From Felis catus (taxonomy: Eukaryota), in NCBI RefSeq assembly GCF_018350175.1, contig NC_058368.1:174160001-174224000 (forward strand): 64,000 bases of DNA, written 5' to 3'. This document shows positions 35,709 through 46,540 of the stretch, in pieces; position 1 is the first letter of the stretch; each line of letters begins with the position of its first letter. Position numbers and translations under genes: made by a program. Below the pieces are notes generated by a model. That model saw only the letters and a program-made list of their open reading frames with translations. It did no database searches and was not told the DNA's origin.

Positions 35709-36225
35709 GGTAGCCTCGGTAAGTACCGCCCTTAGGTGTAGACAGGGGCCCAGACACACACTTTGGCTGAGTCTCTGATGGCAGGAATGGGTGCGTGGAC
35801 CGCCCCTCCCCGCCGCCCAGGATGGCTCACGCAGGACTCTGTGGCATGGGTCTGCAAGCAGAGGGCTGGACCCAGGTGGCTACGGGATTCCCAATGAGCC
35901 AGTCTGCAAAATGCAGGGAGACATAAAGGGCTCTGTTACCCCCAGATAAAAAGAAAAGGGCTTTTGCCACTGAAAAGTAAAATTAGTTCCCGGGTTCTAC
36001 AATGTACAAAGTTCTCCCACATGTGTTGCCTCATGTGATGCACCAAACCTATGAGGAAGGTGTTACTTTTTTCAGAGGAAGACACTGAAACTTCAGGATT
36101 AATGACTTGCTTAGGGTCACACAGCTAATGAGCAAAAGAGCTAATTCAAGGTCAGCTTCCCATCTCTAGAAGTTTGCTGTTTAATGACTGAGAGAAGGGA
36201 CCTCTTTATTACTGGGGTCTGGTGA

Positions 36226-36248
36226 GTGTGTGTGTGTGTGTGTGTGTG
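36226..36248. repeat. (GT)11 microsatellite
   Basis: Directly visible. Confidence 0.95.
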
Positions 36249-37850
36249 GTCAATGACCGTGGGGTCTTTGCGTCTCTGTAGGCCTCAGGGACCCACGTAC
36301 TTGAATTCTGCTGAACAGAGGGACTATGGAGGACAGGGAAGCTTGCCCAGAACAATCTTCACTGATGATACAACTGAGGCCCAGAGAAGCCGGGCAAGCT
36401 GAGATGAGCTCCCAGGACTTGTATCTGAACTGAAGGCTTCTCTCTGTCACTCACTCACTCTGCCCTGCCCTCCAAGGGTCTTGCCTCCTTGGCCGGCTCT
36501 CTCACACTCTGAAGGAGGAACCTCAGTCTCACCTGCTCCACCCACACACGGCCACCTTCCCATGCTCTGTGCTGCAAGGCTGGGCTCTGGGAACTGCAGG
36601 GGAGTTCCGGGGACTGGAGTCCCAGCCTGGACTTGCTGTATTGGATTGGGTCACGGACCTGATGGCCATTGGCCATCCAGCGTCCCTGCCCCCTTCACTG
36701 GGGGATTTGCCCTTCGTGCACTGTGGGTGGGGCTGTCCTGGGGCTATCCAGCCAGGTGGCTATGTTCTCCAGACCAGGCCAATGAAAGGCATGGCCTTTC
36801 TCCAGGAGTTTTGAATCATAGGAAGAGACTATTAGAGATCATTCATTGCAGTGGTGGCAACCTGGCAGAGAGGAGTGTCCCCCACCGCCCCCCCCCCGAC
36901 CCCTGAGCGGCTCTGACATTTGCTGAGCTCAGTCCTCTGGCTTTCGTTTCATTTGGGGAGCTACCTGACATCCTTCCAGTAGATGAAGTTCCCTCACGTC
37001 AGGGTTTAGGGCTTGCAGCCAAGTACTGTTGATGATGCTGACAGAAACCCAAGTGGATAGTAGGAAAGGAAGTGTTCTCTAAAGCCTTCCTTAGAGCAAC
37101 ACAGTGTGCATTAATTGAGCACCGACTGTGTGTTAGCCCTTGTGCTGGGCACTGGGGTTCCAGAGAGGTTCTGATCTCCTTCACAGCCTGGAGGAGCTCA
37201 CGGTTCGTGGCAGGGGAAGGAGACAGCAGAGGGACAGAAACCAGTGTCGGCACGCCGCTCGGCCGTGTCTCCCACGTAATAAACTCCCAGCTGCTAATTC
37301 AATTGGCACCCAGGAGGGTTTGCTCCTGCTTCCTCTCATTTCCCTTAAAAAAATCAATAAGCTGCTCATAATGTCTTTAATAAAGACTAAATCAGAGCAT
37401 TTATAACCTTATTATAGGGTTGGCATTTTCAACATCTTCCCCCGCAGCTGAAGTCCAGTTCATGTGGCATCATCTGGGAATCAGACAGTGGACCGAGACA
37501 ATGGCTTATGATGAATTAACCAATAACCAACCTGAATTTGGCAGTTTACCATTTTCAGAGACTCCCACGGGCATCACATCAACCCTGCAGGTTAGAAGAC
37601 TCGCTCAGAGATGGAAAGGAGCCTGCCAACATTCACACAGCTAGGATGGAAATGGTAGAGCTGGGGTTTGATCCTGGATCCGCCTGACTCCTCGGCCCTG
37701 GCTTTCTGCTGTAAAGAGTGCGGATGAATAGCTGGAGCTCTGGGAGCCGCAGGATGGTGGGGCTGGGTGGAGATCCTTTCGGCAAGCAGAAGGCTTAGGG
37801 AAGGGCAATTACTTGCAAGGTGCTGTTAGATAAGCATCCATGTTCCCACA

Positions 37851-37864
37851 CTGCCCCCTGGTGG
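37851..37864 (-). promoter_or_regulatory. CTCF core motif (CCACCAGGGGGCAG)
   Basis: Full match to consensus CCASYAGRKGGCRS on the minus strand; binding not demonstrated. Confidence 0.55.
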
Positions 37865-40049
37865 ACTCCTTGAGCCTGGCCTCCGGGCTGTTGGAGGGTT
37901 TAGCTGGGAGTTTCAGGCTGATTGCGTCTGTGAGGGGGTTTGGGGAGACCTTCCTGGTGGAATAGCTCTGCTTTTGCACAGCTGAACGTTGAAGCCTTCC
38001 AGAAGAGATAAGAGATGTTCATGTATTTACTTGATTGTGGGAAAAGTGTTCATTCATTGATTCAACCTATCTCCAGAGACACCTGCATGCCCGGGCCAAA
38101 CAAAATGCTGACGATTTGGCACTCCCCTTGCCGGCAGGGAGGCCCCAGCCTCATGGAAGGGTCAGGCCCACAGGTAGATACTTATGACGCAGGGTGATGT
38201 GGGCACTGTGAAGCCATGCCTAGGGCATCCTGGGAACCCTAACCTGGGCAGGAATGGGGAGTGGTGGGAGGGGCCAGGGAAAGGCTGGTCAAAGAAGGTA
38301 ACAGGTCAGGTGAGTGTGCTGGGTAGCTGAGGTCAGAAGGGTACAGAGGAAGCAGCAAGCGGCCGTGTGGCCAATGGCCCAAAGCTTCAGGGACCCTCAC
38401 TTTCAGGGCTCTGACTTCATCATTTTGCATTCATCATTTTGTGTTCTTTTCCTTCAGGACCCACCCCAAGTTGTGTGAGCTTCAGGGGCTCCACCTTATC
38501 TGGTTTTGCCAAAGGAGGAGCCAAAGCAGGGGTACCCCAGGGTCGTGGAGCAGGCAGACCAGGCCAGGCAGGCCAGAGCCCTGGGGAGCTTGGGGCAGCA
38601 GGGGAGCAGAGGAGGGATGAAATGATAGAGGCAGAGAGCGGCAGGTTGGCTCAACTAAGAAATTCAGCTCTGTCCTGAGGGCAATAGGGTCCTATTAAAA
38701 GGTGCTCAGCGGGAGAGTGGCCAGGCTCCCCCTGAGTTAGAAAGGTTTTGACAGAATAGCGAGTTCTCCCACCGCGACCCCCAGACCCTGGCAGAGGGAC
38801 GCCAGCCATGGTTCCTGGGCTTTGGCAGAGCTGGCCCTGGCCCTCCAGCAGTGCTGTTCTCCCCAGCGACAGGCGAGGAGTCTCTGGGCCAGGAGGAGGT
38901 GCCCGCCTAGAGCCCACCAGCAGTCCCCCTTCCAGAACGCACACCTTGGGGAGCTGGGACCTAACCCCAGGATCTGTGTAGGCCTCGCCCCGGCTCCAGG
39001 CTCCAGAGGGTGGATGACGGTGTGTGCCTGGCTAGGTCCAAGGACAGCTGTTTGGGGGGTGTGGAGTGGGAGTTGGAGGGTGCCTGATGGAGGGTGGCAG
39101 GCAGCTGGAGCTGCTGCAGAGTAGGGGAGGACACTGCCTCAGTGGTCTCTCTTCGTTGCCTTCATTTCCTCCGCGGAGATACATGAGCACCTGCTGGGTG
39201 CTGGGGGCTGAGCTCACCAGGCCAGACCCAGCTGGTTTCCTGGGCCAGATGTGCTGCGCAGGCTGGGATGCAGCTGGCGGGAGGTGCCAGGAATGGGAAC
39301 TGCAGGTAGGTAGTAGAATCCAGAGGCTGGCAGCTGCACGCAGGCGTGAGTGTGTTCTTCGAGGAGCCAGGCTGAGGACCAACACTGGGTCAGACAGGGG
39401 AGACAGTGGTATGCCAATGCGTGCCTGGTATAGTGACACGTGGGGGAGGGAAGGGCAAGGGAGAGGACTAAGACCCAGATGCCAGTGCGAGGAGTCCTCA
39501 GTTCATATTTCTTGGCTCTTGGTATGTAGCACAGGAGTAGGTCAAGTGGCTTAAGAGTCCAGGGCTGGAGCAAAGATGCGAGGGGAGAGACCACTGTTGG
39601 GCCTGGGGAGCCTTATCTGGGGGTTGGGGGGGGGGGCAGATGGTGGCCTCTCTCTGGCAATCTGGTCTCTGGGACATGGTCCTGTTCTCTCCAGAATAAG
39701 ATTCCCACCATGTCTGCAGCCCCAGGAGGCAGCAGGAGGCTCCCCAAAGGCGGGGAGGAGGCGCTTGTCTGGCCCAGCCTGGTAATTAGACCCTTCAATT
39801 GCAATTACTTTTGCAATTAGCTCAGCTGGTAATTGGAACTGGAGGTGGTAATTTCTGTCCTTCACAGAAGCTCCCTCTGAACTGAGCTTTGCTCATCTGT
39901 CCAGGGTGCAGGGTAGTGCTCTGGGGAACACTGGGCTCTTGGGTGGGAGCAACGTGCACACAACCCAGGGCTTGGCTCAGAGTGAAGCATTTGGCTTCTG
40001 CCAGACCCCTGGGATGGGAATTCTGGCCACACCAGGTGCGGGCTCGGTG

Positions 40050-40490
40050 CTCTGCCCTTGAACGTGGGCTGGCCTAGTGACTTGCTTCTTCTAACTAGTA
40101 GAATATGACAGAGGCAAGGGGCGTCACTTCCACGATAGGTGAGAAAAGATTGTGTCTTCTCGTTTGCTAACAGACTCTCTTTCCTGCCTCAGGTTTGCAC
40201 GCTTTGAGGGAGTCAGCCGCCATGTGGGGGAGGCCTGGGCAGGAAGGAACAGAATGCTGCCAACAACCAGTGAGTGAGTCTGACAGCCAGTCCTTCCACA
40301 GTTGAGCCTTTGGATGAGACCTTGGGCTGATGCACTTTGATCACCGCCTCTCGAGAGACTGTGAAACAGAAATGCCAGCTAAGCCGATCCCAGGTTCCTG
40401 ACCCTGGAAACTGTGAGATAATAAGTGGGGGTTGTTTTAAGCTGCTGAATTTTGGTCTAAGTTCTTATGCAGCAATAGGTAACTAGTACA
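40050..40490 (+). mobile_element. MaLR LTR (MLT1E/F-like)
   Basis: GGGCTGGCCTAGTGACTTGCTT..GCTGCCAACAACCA..AAACTGTGAGATAATAA..TGTTTTAAGCTGCTGAATTTTGG..GCAATAGGTAACTAGTACA. Confidence 0.85.
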
Positions 40491-41524
40491 TGAACAAACT
40501 ATTAAATTAAATATATTCTGTCCTTTGACCTTGACAAAGTATATTTTCAAACTACCTGAAAGGTCAGGTTCAAGTCTAGACTCTTTGGACTCCTTGGAGT
40601 TCTGCGCCAGAGCATGGTGGGAAGGGGAGAGCTGGAGTTGTGGCATGAGGCCATCCCACTTCTCTTCACACACATCCATCTCATACACCCCGGGTCTTGT
40701 ACACGCCCAAGAGTTAAAACTCCGTATACCAACCCCTCCCCGCCAACAAATAACCACGTCTGGATCCAGCCATGCCCACACCATTGGCATGGTCTACCTC
40801 AAGGCGTTGGATCTAAGGGAAAGGCTCCTGCAGGCCCTAGAATTGGGCTTTAGCAGTGTTTGGCCAAGGAAATCCAGGGTCTCGAGTGTGGTTTCGAACG
40901 GGGGGAGGGTTGAGCTCCTGTTGGGCACATCCTATGAGGTACAGCTGGAGGTCCAGGGCAGAATTGTCTAAAGCTCAGGAACCAGAGCAGGGGCCCTTCT
41001 TGCCCGGGTTTGGGGGTGGTCCTGGGAGGGCCCCTTGTTCCAACCTTCGCAGACGGAGTGAGGTACCCCCAGGGATATGGCAGCACAAAAACAACGCTGG
41101 AGAGACAGGAAGGGATGGGGGAGATTAAATAATACCAGTTCAGGGTTTGTCAGGGCCCACTCTGTGCCGACCAAGCACTTGCCAGGCCCTGCCATCCAAG
41201 GATTTGAAGGACACAGCCTCTGCCTTCCCAGTTAGTAGGGGAGGACACACCTCAAAACAGACTCAGTCCTTCTCCCCAGGCATACAGATTCTTGAAAACC
41301 TATACACAGGAGAAATTCTGGTTCGACAGGCCTTCACTCAATTAGAATGGGTTGAGTACCTCTTACATGCCAGGAGCTGGGTATTAAACAGGAAGAGATT
41401 TATTAGCACAGGGGTTGTTAGGAAGCTCCTAGATCCTTGGCAGAACCAGATGCCCTCTGAAGCTCGTTCTGCCCATCAGCCTGGTGCTGCCTGAGACCAC
41501 CGCTTTCTGCCTGGAGTGGATTTT

Positions 41525-41751
41525 TATTTTTTTTTATTTTTATTTTTATTTAAAAGAATTTTTTTTAACGTTATTTATTTTCAAGACAGAGCATGAACGG
41601 GGGAGGGGCAGAGAGAGAGGGAGACACAGAATCGGAAGCAGGCTCCGAGCCATCAGCCCAGAGCCCGACGCGGGGCTCGAACTCCCGGGCCGTGAGATCG
41701 TGACCTGAGCTGAAGTCGGACGCTTAACCGACTGAGCCACCCAGGCGCCCC
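41525..41751 (-). mobile_element. Can-SINE
   Basis: TSD CTGGAGTGGATTTTTA. Confidence 0.96.
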
Positions 41752-42669
41752 CTGGAGTGGATTTTTAAATTGAAGGTGCTTGCTGCTTTTGATCAGGAAA
41801 TCCCGTCACATGTCTGCACCCGAAGGGCAAAGAAGGCTGGGAAATGCAGATGTTTGCATTGGACACCGGGCAGGAGGAATTCACAACAGAGGAAACCCTG
41901 AACACGTGGGAGGGTGCTCACAGGTTTGGGCAGCCATGATTGACAGCTGCCTGCATTGCAACAGGAGCATGGAATGATAAGGAAGGACAAGTCGCATGGG
42001 AGCAAACCCAGCAGCGTTAACTCACCAACGCACAACAGCAAAGCCTTTACGCTTCCTCCTACTAACACGCCACTTGTCTTTGGAGACTACTGGTTTGAGG
42101 AAGAAGAATGGATCTGATCTCACCAAATAAAGGATTTTCAATTCCTTCCAATTCTTTTGCAAGTCCCAGCCTATTTCAATTTTGGGTAAATGTTTAAACA
42201 ACCCCACGAATGAATGCGCGCTTTGGCTATTGTTGCAATTTATAACCTCCAGCTCAGGACTCCCTCCCACTTCTCACTGGGCTGGTATTCTCCCCCTATC
42301 TAGCTTTTGCCAGCATTATTGCCAAAAGAAAAAAGGTTGATTCCAGAATATAAAAAAAATAAATAAATAAGACTGCAAAATCAAAACCAATCAATGTTTA
42401 TATTTAAACATATTCTACAAGCAGTAATATTATGCCAGCTGGTGAACTGCAGTTGAATTCAACACTAACAGAGTCATTTAAGGTGGGGTGTGAAAACATT
42501 TTAATGCATTGATAAGATATGGAGTCAATCCTCCCAGATTAGCATATCTGTACCGGAAGGACCTTCATCAAACATCAAACTACAGGATTTTTTTCAAACT
42601 TGGAACCTTAACCATCTTCATTTGGTGACATGTAAAACAGTTATCTACCTTAAAATTGTGGAGCTTTTG

Positions 42670-42870
42670 AAGCAAATATTTACTAGGTACCAAGTAGGTG
42701 CTGGGCCCTTTGATATATTATCTCATTCCACCCTGATTTGGTCCTTACACTAATGGTCACTTCCATTTTACAGATGGGGAAACCAAAGTACAAATGAACG
42801 AAGAACAGGCCCTAACGCTTCCTTAGAACTTGAACTGGAACCAGAATTCAGATGTTAGGGTTCTGAGGTC
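42670..42870 (-). mobile_element. MIR SINE
   Basis: ATATTTACTAGGTACC..TTATCTCATT..CCATTTTACAGATGGGGAAAC. Confidence 0.7.
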
Positions 42871-43822
42871 AAGAGAGGAGTGAGGGTCCTTCTCAGTAAA
42901 AGTCTCAAAACCTTGAGATCCAGTATGCATATTTGCTTTCTCCTCTTACCTTGGGTCAAAATATAACCCAACACTGTTTGTCAACAATGACATGGTGGGC
43001 CTGACCACAATTTCAGAGACGTGAGGACAGGAGCCTAAGCCCCACGCTGCGGCCACATGAGTGATTTTGATCTGGTTCAGAGTTTCTTGTGCTTGAAATA
43101 GGTAGTAATGCTATTTATAACCCCATTGTCCATGGTGGCTCAAAATCGCTATTTCTAGATTACCGAAATCAAAATTGGGAGAGTTAAAAAGATCATTTGG
43201 ACAGGGAGATATGAATCCCTATTGAGAACTCTTCTTTGCCCCAAGGGGTTACCATGGATACAAACTGGTGAATTGATTGCTCAAAAAACAGCTCAAAACC
43301 AGAACATTCTCCGTATTTCTTGGTGTCATGTCCTCACAGCCTGCAGCCAGGAGTCGAAGAAACCAAAGTGGTTGGACGGCTGTTGCCACCAGGTAGTAGA
43401 AGAAGACTTCTATTAGTATGCTTTCCCATGAACTTTGGTGGATTGTGCAGAAGAGGAGATGGGTCTCTTGTTGCCCAGATCAATAGCTGACTTGTATCAA
43501 GGCCCTGGCCCACCACAGTGGTCCTACAGCATGACAGAGGACCACAGAGGCACAGTGCGTTGGTGATATACGGCAGGAATTTTGCCCACACTCTCCCACC
43601 ACATCCTAGGGAGCCCAGATGGGCTTGTCAAGTGTATCTGGGCTTCTGTAGAGTTGACCCCATCAGAAGTAGGGCAGGTGGGACAGGCTACCAATCCAAG
43701 AGAACGTCCCCAGGTACATAACTATTTTTTATTTCCATTTTACACTTGGTGAAACTGACACACAGACCATGCCTTCCACTTTGTCTTGAGGGATTCCTAA
43801 CATCAGAAATTGTGACCACTGA

Positions 43823-44046
43823 GGGGCGCCTGGGTGGCTCAGTCGGTTGAGCGTCCGACTTCGGCTCAGGCCATGATCTCACGGCTTGTGAGTTCGAGCC
43901 CCGCGTCGGGCTCTGGGCTGATGGCCCAGAGCCTGGAGCCTGCTTCCGATTCTGTGTCTCCCTCTCTCTCTGCCCCTAACCCACTGGCATTCTGTCTCTG
44001 TCTCTTTCAAAAATAAACAAACATTAAAAAAAAATAAAAAAAAAAA
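43823..44046 (+). mobile_element. Can-SINE
   Basis: Perfect 18-bp TSD AGAAATTGTGACCACTGA. Confidence 0.97.
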
Positions 44047-44092
44047 AGAAATTGTGACCACTGAGAATATACCATATTAAAAATAATTTTTA

Positions 44093-44317
44093 GGGGCGCC
44101 TGGGTGGCGCAGTCGGTTAAGCGTCCGGCTTCAGCCAGGTCACGATCTCGCAGGGTCTGTGAGTTCGAGCCCCGCGTCGGGCTCTGGGCTGATGGCTCAG
44201 AGCCTGGAGCCTGTTTCCGATTCTGTGTCTCCCTCTCTCTCTGACCCTCCCCCGTTCATGCTCTGTCTCTCTCTGTCCCAAAAATAAATAAACGTTGAAA
44301 AAAAAATTAAAAAAAAA
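44093..44317 (+). mobile_element. Can-SINE, young felid subfamily
   Basis: TSD AAAAATAATTTTTA. Confidence 0.97.
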
Positions 44318-44538
44318 TAATTTTTATATAATCATGAGTTGAGCCGAAGCTATGGTTGACAAGCTATGGTAGACATCTAAAATGTATTTTGTAGCTATTT
44401 AGCTGAGCATCATTCATTTTTTAAGTTTACATTTTCTTATATTTTGGAAGCTCTGACTTGTTCTTTTGGTTCCCAAATCTCTCTGTAGGGTCTCAGAACA
44501 GCATGTGGTTCTAGTGTCTAATGGATGGAATAACCCTG

Positions 44539-44552
44539 CCAGCAGGGGGCAC
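44539..44552 (+). promoter_or_regulatory. CTCF core motif (CCAGCAGGGGGCAC)
   Basis: Full match to consensus CCASYAGRKGGCRS; binding not demonstrated. Confidence 0.55.
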
Positions 44553-45589
44553 CCCTGCCCATTGCAGTGGTTAGAAAAACAAGATTTTTGTCAAAGCAGA
44601 ATTTTCAAAAGATTAAAAACACAACTCATGCGAATGTATAGTCAACACGTAACAGAGTTTCATTGAACCCATTCGGGGGCGGCGGGGGGGGGGGCGGCGA
44701 GGAACAAGCAAGGTGGTAAAGTTAGCACAAAGAAGTATCTGAGAGACAACTCTACCTGGAAAGGAAGAACCTTGAAATAAGACTGCCAAGACACAAAACC
44801 GGTCAGTGTCCTACAGCACAATAAACCATAACCTCTGGCATTATCTTTTCTACGGAAGAGAAGTTACTTGCATTTCTACCGGGCCACAGGAAAATCATTT
44901 GCAACGATCAATCTTGTACAAATTAACATGTGGCTGCAGACTCTGGTCCCTGATCAATAATAAGTAGTCAGCAAAGGGACCCTTCCCCTAGAGAATCATC
45001 TAATACTGGCCACGCCTGCTAGCCACGCTCCAATATGACACTCGGAGGACACACCATCACCTCGAGCCCTATTTCCATGCTTTGGATACATTTTCTTAAG
45101 AATAGAAAAGATGTTCTCTGGGGCGAGTCCTGGCTGGGCTCAGGGCTGGATGTCGATGCATGGGTACCTGGGCAGGTAAATAGTTCGGCACCCCCTCCAG
45201 ATCTATGTCTCTCAGTCTCTGTTCTACCCTTACTCAGTAGAACCAAGGGAAAAATGATTTTTCCGTAAGAACAACCAGATACAGAAAGAAAGTCACTCAT
45301 TCACGTCTATGGTCCCAGCGAGTCAGTTCTGAAAATACTCAGCAAAACATTTCTCATTTTTTGGTGGTTATTATTCCTTCCTTAGGTTGCCTTTGGGAGT
45401 ATCCAAATCCAATAACTAGTGGGGAGCATAGTAAAGAGTTTTAATTTTATATAAGACTTTTTTTTGTGTGTGAGCAACAGGAATGACTGGGTTTTAGAAT
45501 TTCGTTGGGTGTCACTGTGGATGCCAAGCTTGCTCTGACCGCACACGTACACGCAAATTGTATGGAACGGGCAAGTGCATAGGGACTAA

Positions 45590-45732
45590 AAAGAGACCGG
45601 TGGTTGTCAAGGTGTCGGGGAGAGACCGCCAATGAAGTTTCTTTTGGGGATGGCGAAAATGTCCTGGATTCAGACAGTGGTGACGGTTGCACAACTTAGT
45701 GGATGTGCAAAAAGTGCTGCATGGTATACTTT
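45590..45732 (+). mobile_element. L1M 3' end fragment
   Basis: GTTTCTTTTGGGGATGGCGAAAATGTCCTGGA..GTGGTGACGGTTGCACAAC. Confidence 0.75.
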
Positions 45733-46069
45733 GGCCATTGTGGGCGAATACCGTCTTTCACACCACCTATGTGACTTGGGCAGGCTGGCTTCCTCCCTGG
45801 GGACCCGGAGGAAGGTAAGACTTGGTAGCGCTCATGGAAAGCCTGGGGTGAGCCCAAGGAAAGCTTTGGGAATTTCTTCTAGTGAAATGTCCTGTCCTGC
45901 GCTCACCGGAGGTAGGGCATCTCTAGGGGGAATATTCTAACTTCTAGGGGATGGGAGAAGCCAAGGCATGATAGAAAAGACAGGTGGGATGGTGGGGCTG
46001 TAGGGAGACAGGCCTCTCCCCCCCCCCCCCCAGGGTCATTGGTGGGAGCTTGGATGATCTGTGCCTCTC

Positions 46070-46540
46070 TGAAGGGCTATTGGGCCACACGTAGAGTCCA
46101 TTTCCAGAATTAGGAGGTATGTTAAACACACATGCACGCCTCCCCCCACCCCATACCACCACCACCACCACCAAAACTCACTTGCATATGTGCACAAGGA
46201 AATGTTGTCAGACGATCAGCGTGGTATTGTTTAAACAGCTAAAAATTAGAAATGACTCAAATGTTCATGGCTAGGGGGACACCACAGAACACCCTCTGGT
46301 AGTTAGCAACAATGAAGGAGCTCTTTATGGGCTAATGTGGTTGACCCTTGGAGACACATTGCTGAATTCAGCTCCTACGGCGGAGTATGGCGTTTATGTT
46401 AAAGCAAACAAAACTGAACCAAACACCATGCAGCAGACTGGGTAGCAGAGGTTGCATCAGGGAGAATTGCTAGGGGGAAGGAGGGAGAAGGGTGGTCAAA
46501 GGGACTCTGGGTTTCTCTGGAATGTTACAATTTTGAAGAC
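46070..46540 (+). mobile_element. Old L1 (L1ME-like) remnant
   Basis: CACTTGCATATGTGCACAAGGA..AAAATTAGAAATGACTCAAATGTTCAT..ACATTGCTGA. Confidence 0.55.

Noticed and set aside
39032..39594. Overlapping 126-162 aa ORFs on both strands
   Set aside because: GC-rich sequence with few stops; no recognisable protein similarity
40525..40971. 148-aa ORF in sequence I could not classify
   Set aside because: TTG start, no known motif; the distal part looks like an old repeat, but I could not name it
43386..43399. CTCF-like CCACCAGGTAGTAG
   Set aside because: Two mismatches in the conserved GGC block; weak at best
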